Below, piece after piece: positions 39,001-54,000 of a DNA stretch of 64,000 bases. A program made the translations under genes and the position numbers. How positions within the stretch are numbered: position 1 is the stretch's first letter; every line of letters begins with the position of its first letter. Source of the DNA: Phoronis australis (lineage: Eukaryota; Animalia; Phoronida). The notes beneath the pieces are model-generated. The model did no database searches and had not been told where the DNA came from. It saw only the letters and a list, made by a program, of their open reading frames with translations. Where the stretch lies: the NCBI GenBank assembly GCA_002633005.1, contig NMRA01000272.1:507581-571580 (forward strand). Direction: 5' to 3'.

Positions 39001-42000
39001 GAGGAAACAGTACAGTGGCTGGACCTGTAAATACTCTGGCTGATCTGCTAAATCCAGTGGGGGCATTATTGTATCAGCACAGCTGTGTAGGGAAGTAGGC
39101 TTGTGTGTTGTCGCAGGCTTTGTTTGCACCAGAACTGCTTGTGTGAACAGCACAAATCTAAAATTTACCTAGTCTAAGACTGAATTTTTCTCCAGGCACG
39201 GATCATGATCTTGGGCCACATGGTAATGGTACATTGTTCATTTTGTTTAGCCACTGGATTTTTTGGTCTGACAGGATTTCTCAGTGTGGCCATCACATTT
39301 AGATGATTTCTGACCACTGTACTGTTCCTTTTCCTTGAAGATGCATAATTGATCTGAATTTATGTTTCCGCATTTTATTTACCATTATAGATTTTTGTTT
39401 GTAAATGGGTATATATTACTGAAATTTGAGACCCTGTTGCAGTTAGGCTGGTTTTGTTAACTTATCTTTCTACCTGGGTTGTAAACCCATATTCTGTCCA
39501 GGAGGTAATAAGTTTTGATTTAGACCATTTACCTCTATAAAATTTGCTCAGTTTGTTCCTTATCCAGATGGGAAGTGATTTCTGGAATTATAGCGAATTG
39601 ACAGTTTGCTATTCCTTGAGACCATGCTGTGTGTATAAAATCACACACTATTAGTCTGGTCTCTAGCAATTGCATATTGCCAGATCTTTCAAAGTTCTGA
39701 AATTGCTCAAAAGTGACCTGGAAGTAATACCTATTTCGTGATGGTAAAATGTCTAAATCAAAAGTTGTTTTATGTGATTCTAGGCGAGTTTATGTCCACT
39801 TCAAATGATTTTTGTTGCAGTACTGAAAAGTATTGGCACATTAGCTCTGGTGGCTCCTTGTTTTTTTGGCGAATTGACCATTTTATGGTTCCCATGGGTA
39901 ATTTTGTTAGTGGTCTAGTATGTATGTACAACTGTAATCGTAGGGCAATTGTAATGCAAACCATGTTGCAAAAGTATTTTTTCATGACCATTTCATTGTA
40001 AAATGCTGCCTAATTGGAACCGACATGCCAATTTTTCATTTTGTGGTGGTTAGTTTTGATAAGAACATTGATGTGGTAAATACAGCTACCTCAAGTTTGT
40101 GAAGAAGAGATTTCCAGTGTTGTCAGCGATATTGCGAAATCACTTTTTCGCAGTGAGACTACATCACCTTAAATGTAATTCCCTGACTTTATGGGCTTTG
40201 TGTGGTTGACTCTGTCCTGTAGCAATTAGAGTGTTGAAAAGATCTAGAAGGCAATTTTTTATTAGAGTCATAATATTTGCACTTTTGACTGTACAATTAT
40301 CTTTGCATTGTATTATCAAAACATATTCTGTAGTACACAAGTCTCTGGTTGGTATTTTATATTTTTTCACAAGGAATATTTTCAGCTTAGATGAGTTGTC
40401 TGTGAGGTAGGCAATTTTCAAATAAGATAATGAATAAAATTGTCAAACATTGTTTTATTTTTTAGATGTGTGATCTTCCAATAAGTGATTACTTTTAAAA
40501 AACCTGTGCAGAATTTGATTTTTACTCTTCATTTTAAGGAGAATAAATCCATAAACCTGCATTGTCTTGAAATTTTACTCAAACTACAGATTGGGTTGGG
40601 GATTGGAATCTTAATACAACAGAGTCTCTGAACCCGTACCATGAGCAATACAACACAATACACGGATATAAAAATTTGGTGTTTAGGTTCCACGGAAAGG
40701 ATTCGTGTGCGCGGTAATAGTTACTAAGGTGCGTGGTCATTGTTTGTGGATACTTTGGGATTCCTCTTCTGTGGTCATCCACGGGAAACCTGGTCGCATA
40801 GAGAACAATAGATTAGCATCTTCATTGTTATAATAAAGATATAATGACGAGCACTTATCGGCAACGGTCTGATGTACGCAAGGTTCTATATCCATGCGAC
40901 CTGTGTTGTTATATCCAACAGTGACACAACAATGGAAAACAATGATAGGACCGATGGGCGAAAAACATGCGACGAGTTGCCACAGACAGTGGTGGAGTTT
41001 GTCTTGTCATTCGAATGTTTTTAGAGAACTGCAAACCCGGTATTTCGTCAGGAAAATTTCTGCGGTCTTTTGTTTTAAGTCGTGGGAAAAACTGCGGTCA
41101 TGCCACCAAACTTATCATTCATTTGATATTACAATGCATTGCATGAACATTTGATCAACAGAAAATCTGACTTGAATATGTGTGAAGAAATACCCATGAG
41201 GAAATTGCAAAGTAAAACAACTGTAAATCAAAATAACCTACATTTGTCGAGTTCATGTCTAACCCTGTTCACTGTGGAGGACATAATCGGCTTTTTACAA
41301 AATGGAGCCATGTATGGTATTTAGGGGTACTATAGCCCAAAGTGATCAGTAGTAAAACGTTCAAAACATTCAGGAGGAACTAACTTGTTGCAAAATATCG
41401 AAAAATATGAAGGACAATCGGATTTTACGGTGCTCACGCATCGATCTCAGATATATGACAATTTCTCATTTTAGTACATTTGAGGTGCCAAAATGTATAA
41501 CTAATAAACTGGCTGACAAAGTTTTTATTTTATGCAATGAAAGTAACATGTTTTGTCAACATTTTGGCTAAGTTTCATTCTCATAGCAGTGGGGGCAGAT
41601 TTGGTACAGCAGTGTACTGAACACAACCTCAAAATGGCATAACGGGGGGCAGTGTAGTAAAACTACTAAATGAGGGCGGTAAATCGGAATCGTGTTTCAA
41701 GACATCTGTGTAACAATCTATAGGCACCACTAAACAATGCCAAGTGAATAATAAATCAATAGCTTTCATTCAAGGAAAAATATGAACAGTTAAAACTGGA
41801 CAGTTTTTATACCGTGAAAACATGGCTGCGAAACCGTAAAATGTGTTTGAACCTATAACTTTAGAAAAACACAATATTTTGAGGAAATATTTTACCGCTG
41901 TTTATAGATCCCATAGGACTACATATGTGCCAAATTTGGTGAAAATCGGCTGACCCCCACCTTGCCGCTCATGGTTGGTGCTCTCGTGGACTAGTACTTA

Positions 42001-45000
42001 AAACTTGATGTGAACGAACCATTTCCCACAACCCAATGATCTTGTGTTGTCGCCATCTGGGGGGGCTCCAGCCCCCCAGCCCTCTATTAGTCGGTGAGCC
42101 AGAATTTGTAGGGCCTCTAGAAAATGGTTTTTGTGAGTACTTTAGGGGGGCAATTTTATTTTGGTGTTTTTAATTCATATATTAGAGTGTTTTCAAAATC
42201 AAAAAATTCCCACGTATAAAGTTGCACATTTTTGAGAAATTTGAGTTTGAAGTTACCTAATAATCACCAAAGATCTTAGTAAACTTATATTTGTAAAAAC
42301 AACGACTTTGGTGACTTTTTTGTAAAACAAGTGATATGGTCCCATCAGTGCAATTGTATTGAACAATATTACACTCACATTACATGTTTTACTATTGTAG
42401 ATTAATTGTAAACAGTGAAGTTTAAAAAATGTAAAGACACCTAGTGGCAAAAATGCAAACTAAGTCTGAATGTTACTAGGAAGTTTTTCTGGCATTGTCT
42501 GGCAACAAAAATAACACAAAACACTTGAGGCTGGGCAGAATTTGTGCCCCAATGACTAAAACATTGACTAATGGTGTAAAATATAGCTTGTTTGCATAAT
42601 ACACCAGAAATACGTTATAGTACAAAAACAATATAGTTGAATGATCTCTGTGAATGTGCACACAGACTGTATGAAAATAATAGATTGTTCTGACAGCGTT
42701 TATCAAGCAGTATGAGACAAATACATAGCAATGATCAAAGCATGTACTTTCTATGACTTAATCAACAAATAAAATTAACTTTTTAACAACAAAAAAAAAA
42801 CGAAATAACGGGGTTGGAGGTCTATTTAGGGTTGACTTGGCAAAGGACTATCCAATGTTATGCAGTCAGTGTTGCTGATGTTACTGCAGTTGTCACAGCT
42901 GCACACTTCTGTACAGTTTGACCCAGCATTGCTGCACAAACTCAGTTTCCCAGCACACATGTTCTTTTTGCACTTGTAGCGTTCATCGTTTAGTACTGTC
43001 AATGGAGATGCGGACATTTTAACTGCAAAGCTCCACCGCCAAGGAGCCAACTATGGTCGATTAGAGAGGGTACAGCACCGTAAAATCTTGCTTTAGTTTT
43101 GAAAGGCAAATGACATCTCTATGTGTTAGAAACTTTGATTCAATGAACTCCAAACAAAACTGTAGAAAAACATCTCTGAAAACTGTGGATTCGTCACGCT
43201 TCACAATCGTTGTCTTTCTATTTTTTATAGCATGATGATCTGTGGTACTTGGCTTCTAAGGCACAAGGTCTTTATCTTTGAATTTCATTTGCATATTCAG
43301 GGCTCTGGACTGAGCTGTTGCTTGCGATACAAGTCCAACTGAAAAAAAACCCGAACTGTTAACACTAATTTAACATTTACTACTATGAGTGAGTTGGCAT
43401 GTAACTTTTTCAGACGGACTTATCAGGAACTGATCCACCACCATCCTAACAAATTTACATGCCGTCTGATCTGTCGCCTAAAAATGTTGATCGTCTAATA
43501 ATTAGATTGGTTAATGCAACTGAAAATAAATCAGCTGATATACCAGTGCAGTGATTGAAATTTATTTTTTTTAAATCAGATGCTCACACCGTAGTCAATC
43601 GATTTACACTTAAGGTAATCGACATTTGACGAAATGGACAGTGGCTTCCATCGTCCTCAAATTACGACGGCGACGATGGCCACTTAGGCATTCTAATTTA
43701 ATTATCATTGCAGCTACCTAAGTAATTAATGTTTACAAAGAATTGAGAAGAGGTTCCCCCTATCCCAGGACTACGGCCACTTGGGCATGTTGTTTGCAAC
43801 CATCTACTCCACTTAACCTTCTCAAAAATTTTTGACTTAAAGTGCAAAATCCATTTTTAAATTTGTACGTTTTGAATTTGTGAGGAAAAAACGGCTATTT
43901 TTCAGGTTTTCACTGAAGCCATTTTCGGCCACATTTGGCACTCTTTAGCAGCCATAACACACTTTTCCTGGAATTGACTTTATAATAATTTGTTCAGTCA
44001 TTCCTAACCTGCTCATAATCTAAAATAAAAAATCTTGCCTCTAATGTAGGTTTTGCGTACGAAGCATTATACGAACTGCACTTCGTCATTTTGCATGTTC
44101 TCAGTTGCCTCTGCTGCCAATAGGGTGCTCTTGGAACATATAATTAGCTTGCGAAACACGACATAAAAACTTTGTATTTTGGAGAAAAGGCAGACAGCAT
44201 TATTAATTACCATTCTATGAAAACGGCATTGATGATTATTACTTATTACAAAAATGTGTACGTAAATCAACTGGCATGCGTGCTTCTAAATGATAGATGG
44301 CGCTGCTTTTGTTTACGTGGAGACTGAAGACGCATCTAGAATAAGAGCAGTAACACGAGGACCTTGCTACAATTCAAGACTTCGCGAGATATTGCCCTGT
44401 ATTTTAAATGAGAACACGTGGTTTTGGATAAATTTTAGAGAGGTTCTAGTGTTACTGAACTCACCCCTGCCTTGTTTTATATCTGCCTTGTTCGTGCCAC
44501 AGGCAAAGGAAGGCACCCAAGGTGGATATGGCCCCCTAGTGTTCAGTGCAAAAATCCTTCAACTTGTCAATAGTCATTGTAACTTTGGGTTCATATTGTA
44601 ATTTCCCTGCCGGTTGCTACAAATTTTAGTCGCCACAAGTCGCCAGAAATCTGGTGTTCCACCCACACACACACCGGGCACCCTAACGCTGAATATTTCT
44701 GCCAGTGTGATCATCAGTGGTATAAAAATGTACACATTCACAGTCAATAGAAAATAATTCACGAAAGACAATTTTATTAATGAGTACTTCATGACAGACG
44801 TGAAGTAAACAGAAGTAACGGTCTCGACTTCATATATCACACATCGTTGACTGGTATGCTACAAAACTAGGCTAAACGTTGAGCTCATTTACCACTTCAT
44901 TCAGTAAATCTGACGACATAACAGCATCTTCAGCAGAAATAGCATCGTTATAAACATTGCTGCAGACAACCTCGAAAAAATCCACCAATCTGCGATTCAC

Positions 45001-48000
45001 TTAACATCACAGGTAAACACTTTCACAGTGGGTTCTCGTAATGTTTTCTCCATTTTGGCACTTCCGAGGGTGAAAGTTTTTACCTGACATCTCCTTCATC
45101 GAATGTGTTCGTAAGAAAGTTCTTATTAATAACCTTTTATAAAAATCTTGTTGACCTTTTACCTTTTTTCAATGCCGAACCTATTGCTTCAGCATTCGTC
45201 TCATCCACATTGTACTCTGAGGCTGCCTCAAATGACGCTCCGGTTCTTGCATCTGAAAGCATTTCTGACGACTGTCGTGCGATGTGGTCATACGTGTTCA
45301 GTGTGGTTACCCACATCCAAATGCCGACCTAGTTCTGCGTCTGTAGCAAAAAAATTCGAGTAACCTTGCTGGGTACAAGGGAACTTTTGTTGAGGCTCTT
45401 CACTAGATACAATGCCAACCTTAAGTCTTGGTGTTGAAAATCCGCCATGTCTAGAGATGTCAGTGTATTTTAGAGAAATAGGTTTCCCATTTTCTCAGTA
45501 TTTGTAAGAACTTACCGTCAGCTACATGGAATGATTTCCACACGCGAATTCCTTGGGTGGAATAGTGGGAATTTGGGAATGTCCTTATACCAAGAACTGA
45601 GTATTTTGGAAAAGACTTTGTTGCATTGACTGAACATGCATACACATAACATCCCTTCACACGGCCACTGGAAAGTGGTGGTTTTTTCAAATCCAGAAAG
45701 TTTATGATATTATTACTTTCGGCTACAAAGTACTTTGCATGTTGTTTGAGTGGAGCGATCTTGCGATCACAGAGATCCTTTCCATTCTGACTTTCACTAA
45801 AGTCATATCTCGAAACAGAAATGTCGGTAGAATTTGACAAGGCTGCTACGTTCAGGAGGAGAGAAGCAGAGTGGTAACATCCAGCATTACCTGACTCTTC
45901 CATGACTGGTCCTGTTCAGTCAGAAATTCACCGACTCTGAGTAGTACGAGTCCGTACACTGGCACAGGCCTTGATTTGTGACGTAGTTTCTTGTATCTCA
46001 AATGTTCAGTGGTGTCTTTGACATAACTCACTAAAGCACAAAGCTTTTGTGATTTTTTACAGAATAAACTCTAAAGGAACATGAAGGCCCATCGACATCG
46101 TCCGCCATTTTGTCTTTTTAAAATGCACTTGCTTCTCTCAAAACCAGTCATTACAATTAATTCAATTCTTACTCGTTTAATCTTAAAGGCATTAATTTCC
46201 ATTCAAAAGTTCTACAGAGTGTTTAAATTAACCTGATTATGTAAAAGAAATGAAAGAATACAAGAGGGTTACACGTACATTTTTTATAAATCCTCAAGCT
46301 TAAGCTCAACTGACTCCCTCAGTGGGCAAAGGTCATCGGGTTCAGTTTTGATACTAGCCGCGTAATATACCCGGAAAACATCTTGTTTTCATTTGAAAGA
46401 GTTTAGACTTGGTTTCTATAACTATTTAAGGCAGACTTCTTGCCCAAAAGTTTGTTCAAATGGTCTGTAAACTCTGCTCGTCATTTCCAAACTATTAAAA
46501 TAGACAGTTTTGCAAGACAATTTTCACTAAAGTGCAAAGTTGAGGCAAGAATTTTTATTGCTCAGTCACCAAGACTAACTCTTTAACTGTATGTTCAAAA
46601 CGTCACATAAGGCTACAAGCAAGGTGTTTTATGGCAGTAAGAAGGTCACAAAAATGGCCACTAAAATTAGCCTCAAAAAGTGGTCTGTGGATTATCTCCC
46701 CTGTCAAGCACAAAACTGTTAGCTTTTAATAAATGGCACAGAATTATGCACAGTATACGTTAGTTATTTCAGCCACTAAAATATAGCTTTTGATATATTT
46801 TGTATGTTACTCATTTTTGTTGCTGAAAACATGCGATTTTTGAGACGGCTAATATGCCCAATTGTGCCAATTTGTGTTATCATGCTCCAAGAGCGAAATT
46901 AGGGGTCATTGAGTGCACAAAATTTGGCATTTGGGTTTTTGTTAGGATACCTATCCATGTACAAAAAATGAAGTTGTTTTAAATTTTGACGTATAGACTG
47001 ATTTTTGAAAATCTACTGGTTTTTATATGGACTGCCTCTTAATTAGTTTTCATCCTGCCACTACTCTTCAACGAACTTCCAAGCAAAACACCTTTGCAAC
47101 TCTTAGTGTACTATTTGGGTGTTGCTGATGTGTTTGCATTTTGTGTTAAGTAACAACAGCTTAGAGATAACAGTACGTTTATAGTCTATAAAACTCTTCG
47201 GGATTACCGCAGTGAAATAACCAATAGGTTTTTAATAAATGGAACGAGTATGAATCGTTATACAATGGTTCAACTGTAAACAATTTTGGCCAAGAATCTT
47301 ATACTGATATGCTTCTCAAAAACAGATCTTGAGGCTTTACATAATCTTGACTTTAAACAGATTGAACAGAAACAGAATGCGATTAAGATACAGTACTTTG
47401 CATTCAGTTAAACATGTGCCTTCTTAAGAACGTTTTATAACTTGCATTAGTTCAATGTAACATTTATGATACCCTAGTCTGGACATCGTTTGCCATTTCA
47501 CAGTTGTTGCATGGGTGATTAAAAGAGAGGTAGTCGGGGGGGGGGGGTTAGTCGTTCACTCTGAGAATGCTTTTGGAAGAGGAATCTTCTGCACCCATCT
47601 TGTGACGTGAATCTAAAGTTCACAGGGAATTTTACAGATCGACGCGGATCGATCGTGCATTTTTTACCCAGAGAATAAATTACCGTTATGCGTCTGGCAT
47701 TAAAACATATTTCGTGATGTTCACAATTTGTCAGCTTGAGAGCACGTGATCGGAAGATAGCGGTAAAATGAGATTTCGGGTCGCTGAGGGCATGGCTAAC
47801 TTCACGGTCCACTGTCTGTCATAATCTAGTTTTTACATCAAACGAAGCATGGTCTTAATGGAGTGTCATTTTAAACACACCCAGTAAACATGACAGTATT
47901 GGCCCAGTACTGGATGTATGTTGCTTGATAACGCTTGTACCGTATGCCGGTTTACGTTTCTGGGCCACTAATGGCCCAGTACCGTCCAACGACACTAACC

Positions 48001-51000
48001 CAGTGAACCCTTCCCTTACCGAATCGCCGATATTGGCCCAATATCGTTTAAGCCGGTAAACACGGACTTGATCACAAGAGGGCAGTTAGAGGCTTGCCCA
48101 CAGGAGGGCCAGGCTTACTATTTTAACGCTAAAAACGTTTTTCTTTAAAAAATTACCATCAAATGTTTGACAATAAAATTTTCAATTTTCATAAAAATAC
48201 TTAATTGCCAGCAGATGTATTAGAGTGTAATTTTATTTTTTAAATGAAAATTTCCACCAGATGACCCTCATGAAAAAACCGCCAATTTGAGAAAAGCGAA
48301 GGTTGTTTTTGAGGTCCAAATTGGTGAAAAGGGTATCACTTTAGACAATTTCGTGGAAAATGGTCAAATGGTCACAATTATAAACCACATTATGTCAGGA
48401 AAACTTCAGTGTGAATCTCGGCGCGGGCGAACACCATTCAGAATCGATGATGCTGTTTCATTCATTAACAACAGGTGACGTTGTAATCTTGAGTTGAGCT
48501 AACATGGCGGTGTCAACCGGGAAACAGTGCGAATCGAAATTTGAGGATAAAATACGGTGCACAAGCGGTAGGGGAAACATTCATACATTTTTGGTAAGAT
48601 ACTGTAACGTTGCGAGGAATCGAATGATACCAAAATCATGTGTGTTGGTCAATGTCGTCATATTGTAAACAATTACCTATAATATGTAGGAAACCATAGC
48701 TTACTGTGTTCCTAAAGCAAAAAAGTCTTTCACAAGTGGGTTAAGAAGATGGGATCGACACCAAACTACAAACTATTCTATTTTGCACGAGCAAGAAAAC
48801 AAAAATTGAAAAAATTACCATCGAAGTAGTTTTTTTCAACTTGTGACAGGACATTTTTGCCCCTTAAGCTAAGCTGAAAAAGTGGCGTTTTAAAAAGGGA
48901 GCAACTTAGTACCTTGAAAATGACAAAACACTTCAAGAATTACTATGTCTTAGTGAAAATGTTTCTTTTGCTCCAAAAGATTTTGAAATAATTCTGAAAA
49001 AGGAAAATTGCATAACAAATAAATTCATAATTAACAAAAACCACAAACATAGTCCTTTTCAGAGTATTTCGTTATTTTTAAAAAAACCTGTGAGGTTATG
49101 TGAATTATTATTCTTTTTCCCAATGTTTTCACAATCTTATGTTGCACAGCATTTGATAAAAATGATAATATATATTTTTCATTAAACAATATTTGATTGG
49201 ATCCTTAAAGTTTAAAGAATTTTAAATCAATTTCATTCCTATCAAATAATATAGAAACTGAGGGGTGTCTAGTTGTGTTGGTGACTTTCCGAAAAGAGTA
49301 TATTCGTATTTTAAGATGTTTTAATGTTCTGCAGCGTTTAGTGAACATTTCTTGTAATGAAAAATGTAATTTTCTAAAAATAAAACTAATCCCAACACCA
49401 CCAAGAGGTAGGAAAGTAACAAAAATAGTTTTGAAGAAAATAGAAAAAAGACTCTATCTTCAAAACTGAAGTTAATTTGAATTTTAAAAATATTCTACTC
49501 TATTTTAATGAAAATATTCACCAGTTTTGACTGGTTCTGTAAAGAACATTTGCCCACCAATTAGGATCGAATTTAGTTTGAAACCTGGAAAGATCAACAT
49601 GGTTCTTGAAAAATAACTGAAATTATCTTTTTAGAAGTGTTCCTAAATGGAAATGGTGATATAAAGTGAAAAAAGTACATTTTCTCATATTTTTGTCAAA
49701 AAATAAAAAGTGTACACTCACGGTTGAAAGCAGAGTTTTTAGCAGTTCAATATGAATGTCATTAAAATCGGTTCAGTAACGGTCATTTATCAGCTGAAAA
49801 TTTGACTCCTACGGTAAGTCACAAGAATTTACCGGTGAGTGAAAAATATGTGAGTGTTGGCTTTACTTCAATTTTTAAAAATACTCATTAATGCCCAAAT
49901 ATTTGTAATGGATACCAATAGAAAGAAGAAAAAATAAATATTTCACTGGCATACTTTTCATTTTCCACCACTTTGAGTAATAATTGATATGAGCTTGTGA
50001 ATATCATGAAAAATGGTAAAATGTCACTCTTGTTGAATTTCCGCCATATTGGATTGCTCACCCTAACTTAAAAATATACGCATCGGCTTTCTCGGAACAT
50101 TTTTGTGTGCTTAATTTGACCGCAGATTTTTTGCAAACTCGCTGGAGCAGGACACCTTGAATGGTGTTAAAAGAAAGAACAATTGCAAATGGTTTGTTGA
50201 AACCCTATTTTGTGTAAATTTATTGAGTTTTGTGTTTAATGAGGTCGACTGAAGTGAAGCACCCGTGGAATTCCTTGTCCCGTGTGTCATACCTTGTAGT
50301 ATTATATACTGAAGCTGAGGACACCTTTGAATTGGTCATGGTTTGCTGAACCCTTGTTTTGTGTACATTTATTGAGTTTTGAGTTTGATATGGACGGCTG
50401 TAGTGACCAAGTGAAGCACACATGACATTTTTAGTCCTGAGTGTCATACTGTGTGGTATATATTTATAGTGTATTGGGTAGGATCAGAAGCTGAGGGCGT
50501 GTGCTAGTTATACCACAGGCGTCCTCAGCCTCTGAGTCTGACCGTACCAAATATAATACAAAAAGGTCGGACACTCGATTTTTGTGTGAAGTGAAGCACT
50601 CATGGAATTCCTAGTTCCGAGTGTCAAGCCTTGTGGTATTATATACAGTGTATTGAGGATGATCAGAAGCTGAGGATGCCTGTGATTTACAACACGGTCC
50701 TAGGAATTTCACAATTACCCATAAGTTAACCATATAATAAACATAAAAGGTTGGACACTAAGAATTTGCCAAGCCTAGGCTGCCATCTTCAACTGTTCTA
50801 AATCCAAGTAAAATCTGTGTGCACCTCTCTCAGACTGGTATTTAATAAACAGGGATATTCCTGACCAAATTTGAACCTGTGCCCTTTTAGTGCCCCTGAT
50901 GATAAAAAGTGTCTTTTTTCAAAAAGTTGTGTCCGGCAGACTTGATGTAATTAAGTGGTAACATATGAAACAAACCTCAAGGGCATTGAAAATTAGAACA

Positions 51001-54000
51001 CAGTCATGCTCACTTAAAAGCTGTAAACAGGAAATGGTGAGTGACGTCATTGGTTATCGAGGAACAGATAAACTCAAGTGTCTGGATTATATTTGCCAGT
51101 TTCGCGCCAGCATGACTCTATTTGACTTTTTTGAAGTAGGATAACAAAGAATATTTCTAGCTAAGCAATTGAAAATAGCTCCTGTGCATCAGTTTTCATG
51201 AAACACCTGCTAGTATAGAAAAATTTAGAACATTGCGAGGCTGAGACACCGCCTGTAAGGGTGTGTGTCTTGGGGGGGGGGTTCCTCTTTGATTGAATTT
51301 TTTGTTTATTTTCGTAACTCTTTTTAAGGCTTTCTCCGTAAAATTAGTTAACTACAGAGTTTACATACATGTGGCTGATCTAGGGATGAAGTGAACTTAA
51401 AAAATTGCTTCTGTAAGCTGTTTCTCCCATGCAAAGTTGCTTAACTTAAGTTTGAATTCGACCTCCGGAACTGTGCTGTAGGGCTTTAAAGATGGTTATG
51501 AACTTCCATCAATTTTTTATATGCCCATTTTACATCATAATCCAAAACAATGCGGGCTATTGGTTATTTTATGAAACGTAAACAATCCCCGTTTTGTTGC
51601 TGTGTTTACCTCTTTGACAACATTGCTGAACTCAGCCTCGTCTCCAGCCACAACATGGTGCTGATCAGTTAAGGTACTTGAGGCTTGGTAATGAGAAATG
51701 AAACGTGTCAGAATTTTTACAGAAATCATGGACAAGCTTCAGTTGATATAAAGGTTCAAGATAAGATCTCTGCCAGTTTGCTAAAATATTTATTCCGCGC
51801 TTTTGTTTCTGGGAACCTGAGAGTTTTTCATGAAAATCACGAATCAAAGCACTATATTTTAGATTGTATAAACTAGGCCCCTACCACAACCTGGTGTACA
51901 TCGTCAACATATTTGTACACAAATCGCGGTATGTAGAATCCTTCGAAATCAAGAACACTGGTCCAGCTTCTTTTGTGTGGATCGAGCAAGGCAATTACCG
52001 CATAAGCTATCACTTCAGAATAAGAAGCTGGTTGGATTATTATGAAATATTGTGGACTAAAATTGGTAATTTTTCGATCTGCTTGACTTCTGAAATTGAG
52101 TTTCCGCGATACCAGTTGATGAAAGTAGGTACACTAGGTACCTGGAAAAACTAATTTGGTTTATAACTTGTGCCGGAGCCTTAACATTGTTCAGTCGTGA
52201 GACCGCTTCACAGTAGATTGCGTTGTAATCCAATCTTGAAAACCACTTCCGGCGGGAGTTAACACTGTATGAGAACTATGTGCAATGTAAACTCTCATTC
52301 AAATTCTACTATCAGCCATTTGTGAGACATGATGCTCCGAAGATAGACAAAGTTGGACATTTGTCTAGAGTCAAGTGAGAGATAGTTGAGAAAATAGCGG
52401 ATGCCAAATCGATGTCCATTGAACGTGACCATCAACTTGTTGATTCAGTTCGTGTCTCTTTTCCACGCCTTGACGTGAACTGTTAGCTCTACAATCATTC
52501 ACTCGAGGCAGATATGAGAGCTCGTAGCTCTTCGTTTACGGTTGCCATAACCTCTGTTTACACACTGCTGCAGCGTACAAGTTGTAGAGTAGGTGTTTTT
52601 ACACCACAGTTCGAGATGATAAGTCGAAAACGATTTCTCGGTCAAAAGTATAATTTTTTTTTTCTAAAAGTAGAAGTGTTCTGGAATTTGAAATAGGCAC
52701 ATTCATAGCAAAGCAACGATATGAGTAACATGACCCAGTTCCGCTTGGTATCAATGTTCACGATGTTACAGTTTCCTAAGTTATCCCTTCCTTTTGGTGA
52801 TATGGAACTCGTGTAGTTATAATTAGCTCGCTAGAACTGTGGAACGAGACTGTAACACTGCCACGGAAATGGACGAAAACTAGTGTGTCGTAACTTCTTG
52901 GAAGGAAGCTGTTTTTATGCCTCTTTTTACTACTACAATGAACACGACGTGAGAAAACTGCCGTTGTGTGGAAATGCCAACATACCAAATAATAAAGTTT
53001 GACTGCAACCCCACAACTAGGGCAGGTTAATTTATCACGAACGGACAAAAAGTGCACATGGAACCATATTGGCAAAACTCGAGCATTCAGAAAATTCAAA
53101 TTTGAAAATTTGAAGGGACAGCTTCCGTTGATTAACTTTTTCTTTATTTATCCAATTAAATCGACAATTAGAGTGTTTGAGACACCCCGACACACGCGTT
53201 ACCCTCCTGATGGCACTGAAATGCTAACACGTAATAAGATTGGCTGTGCTTTACGGATTCTTCCTAAATTAGTAAATATGTTGATCATCCTATGTTGTAA
53301 AACTGGTAAAAAAATAGGTAATGTTATTGTTAAGACTCAAGGTCATGTCATAATAATTGTAATGCAATATAATTAAGCACCTCTGTGAAAATTTCGGTGC
53401 ATATCAACACACGAATATTAGAGCCCACTCGTCTAATCTTTGAAATCGAAATCAAAAACTCAAAGTTATAATATCTCACATTTTCGCAATACTTATGTGC
53501 GAACACAAGCCAAGTGTTCATTACCTTGTATTCACTATGTTATGGTCTTGACGCGGATGAGTATCTAGTCTTAGTGCACAACAGCTGACCCCTAGAACTG
53601 AGGTACAGTACAATCTTGAGTAAAAGCTTGCAAATTCCAATTAGAGGCCGATATTTAAAGTTCAGACTGGAAAGCATGGCTTTAGTGCTTGGATTATAAT
53701 ATGCACACCAGAATCAAACAGTCATCCACTTAAAGTGCAAAATATACATTTATCTGACGTCGCACGAATGAAGGCAGAACGTAAATTGCCAATAATAGTT
53801 TAGAGTTCGATTTCGAGTACAACTGAATGACACCCCGGGCCCAGGTATCACCTGTCTCGGTCTTTGTTTCATTTTGTACATACTTTGTAATTGCCAGTCA
53901 TGACTCAGAGATTTTCATTTATTAACCATGTTTAAAGAACATTATTTTAGAAGTCTTCGTTATGTTGGTTTGATCTAAAATCCCTTTCAGCCGAAGTTTT

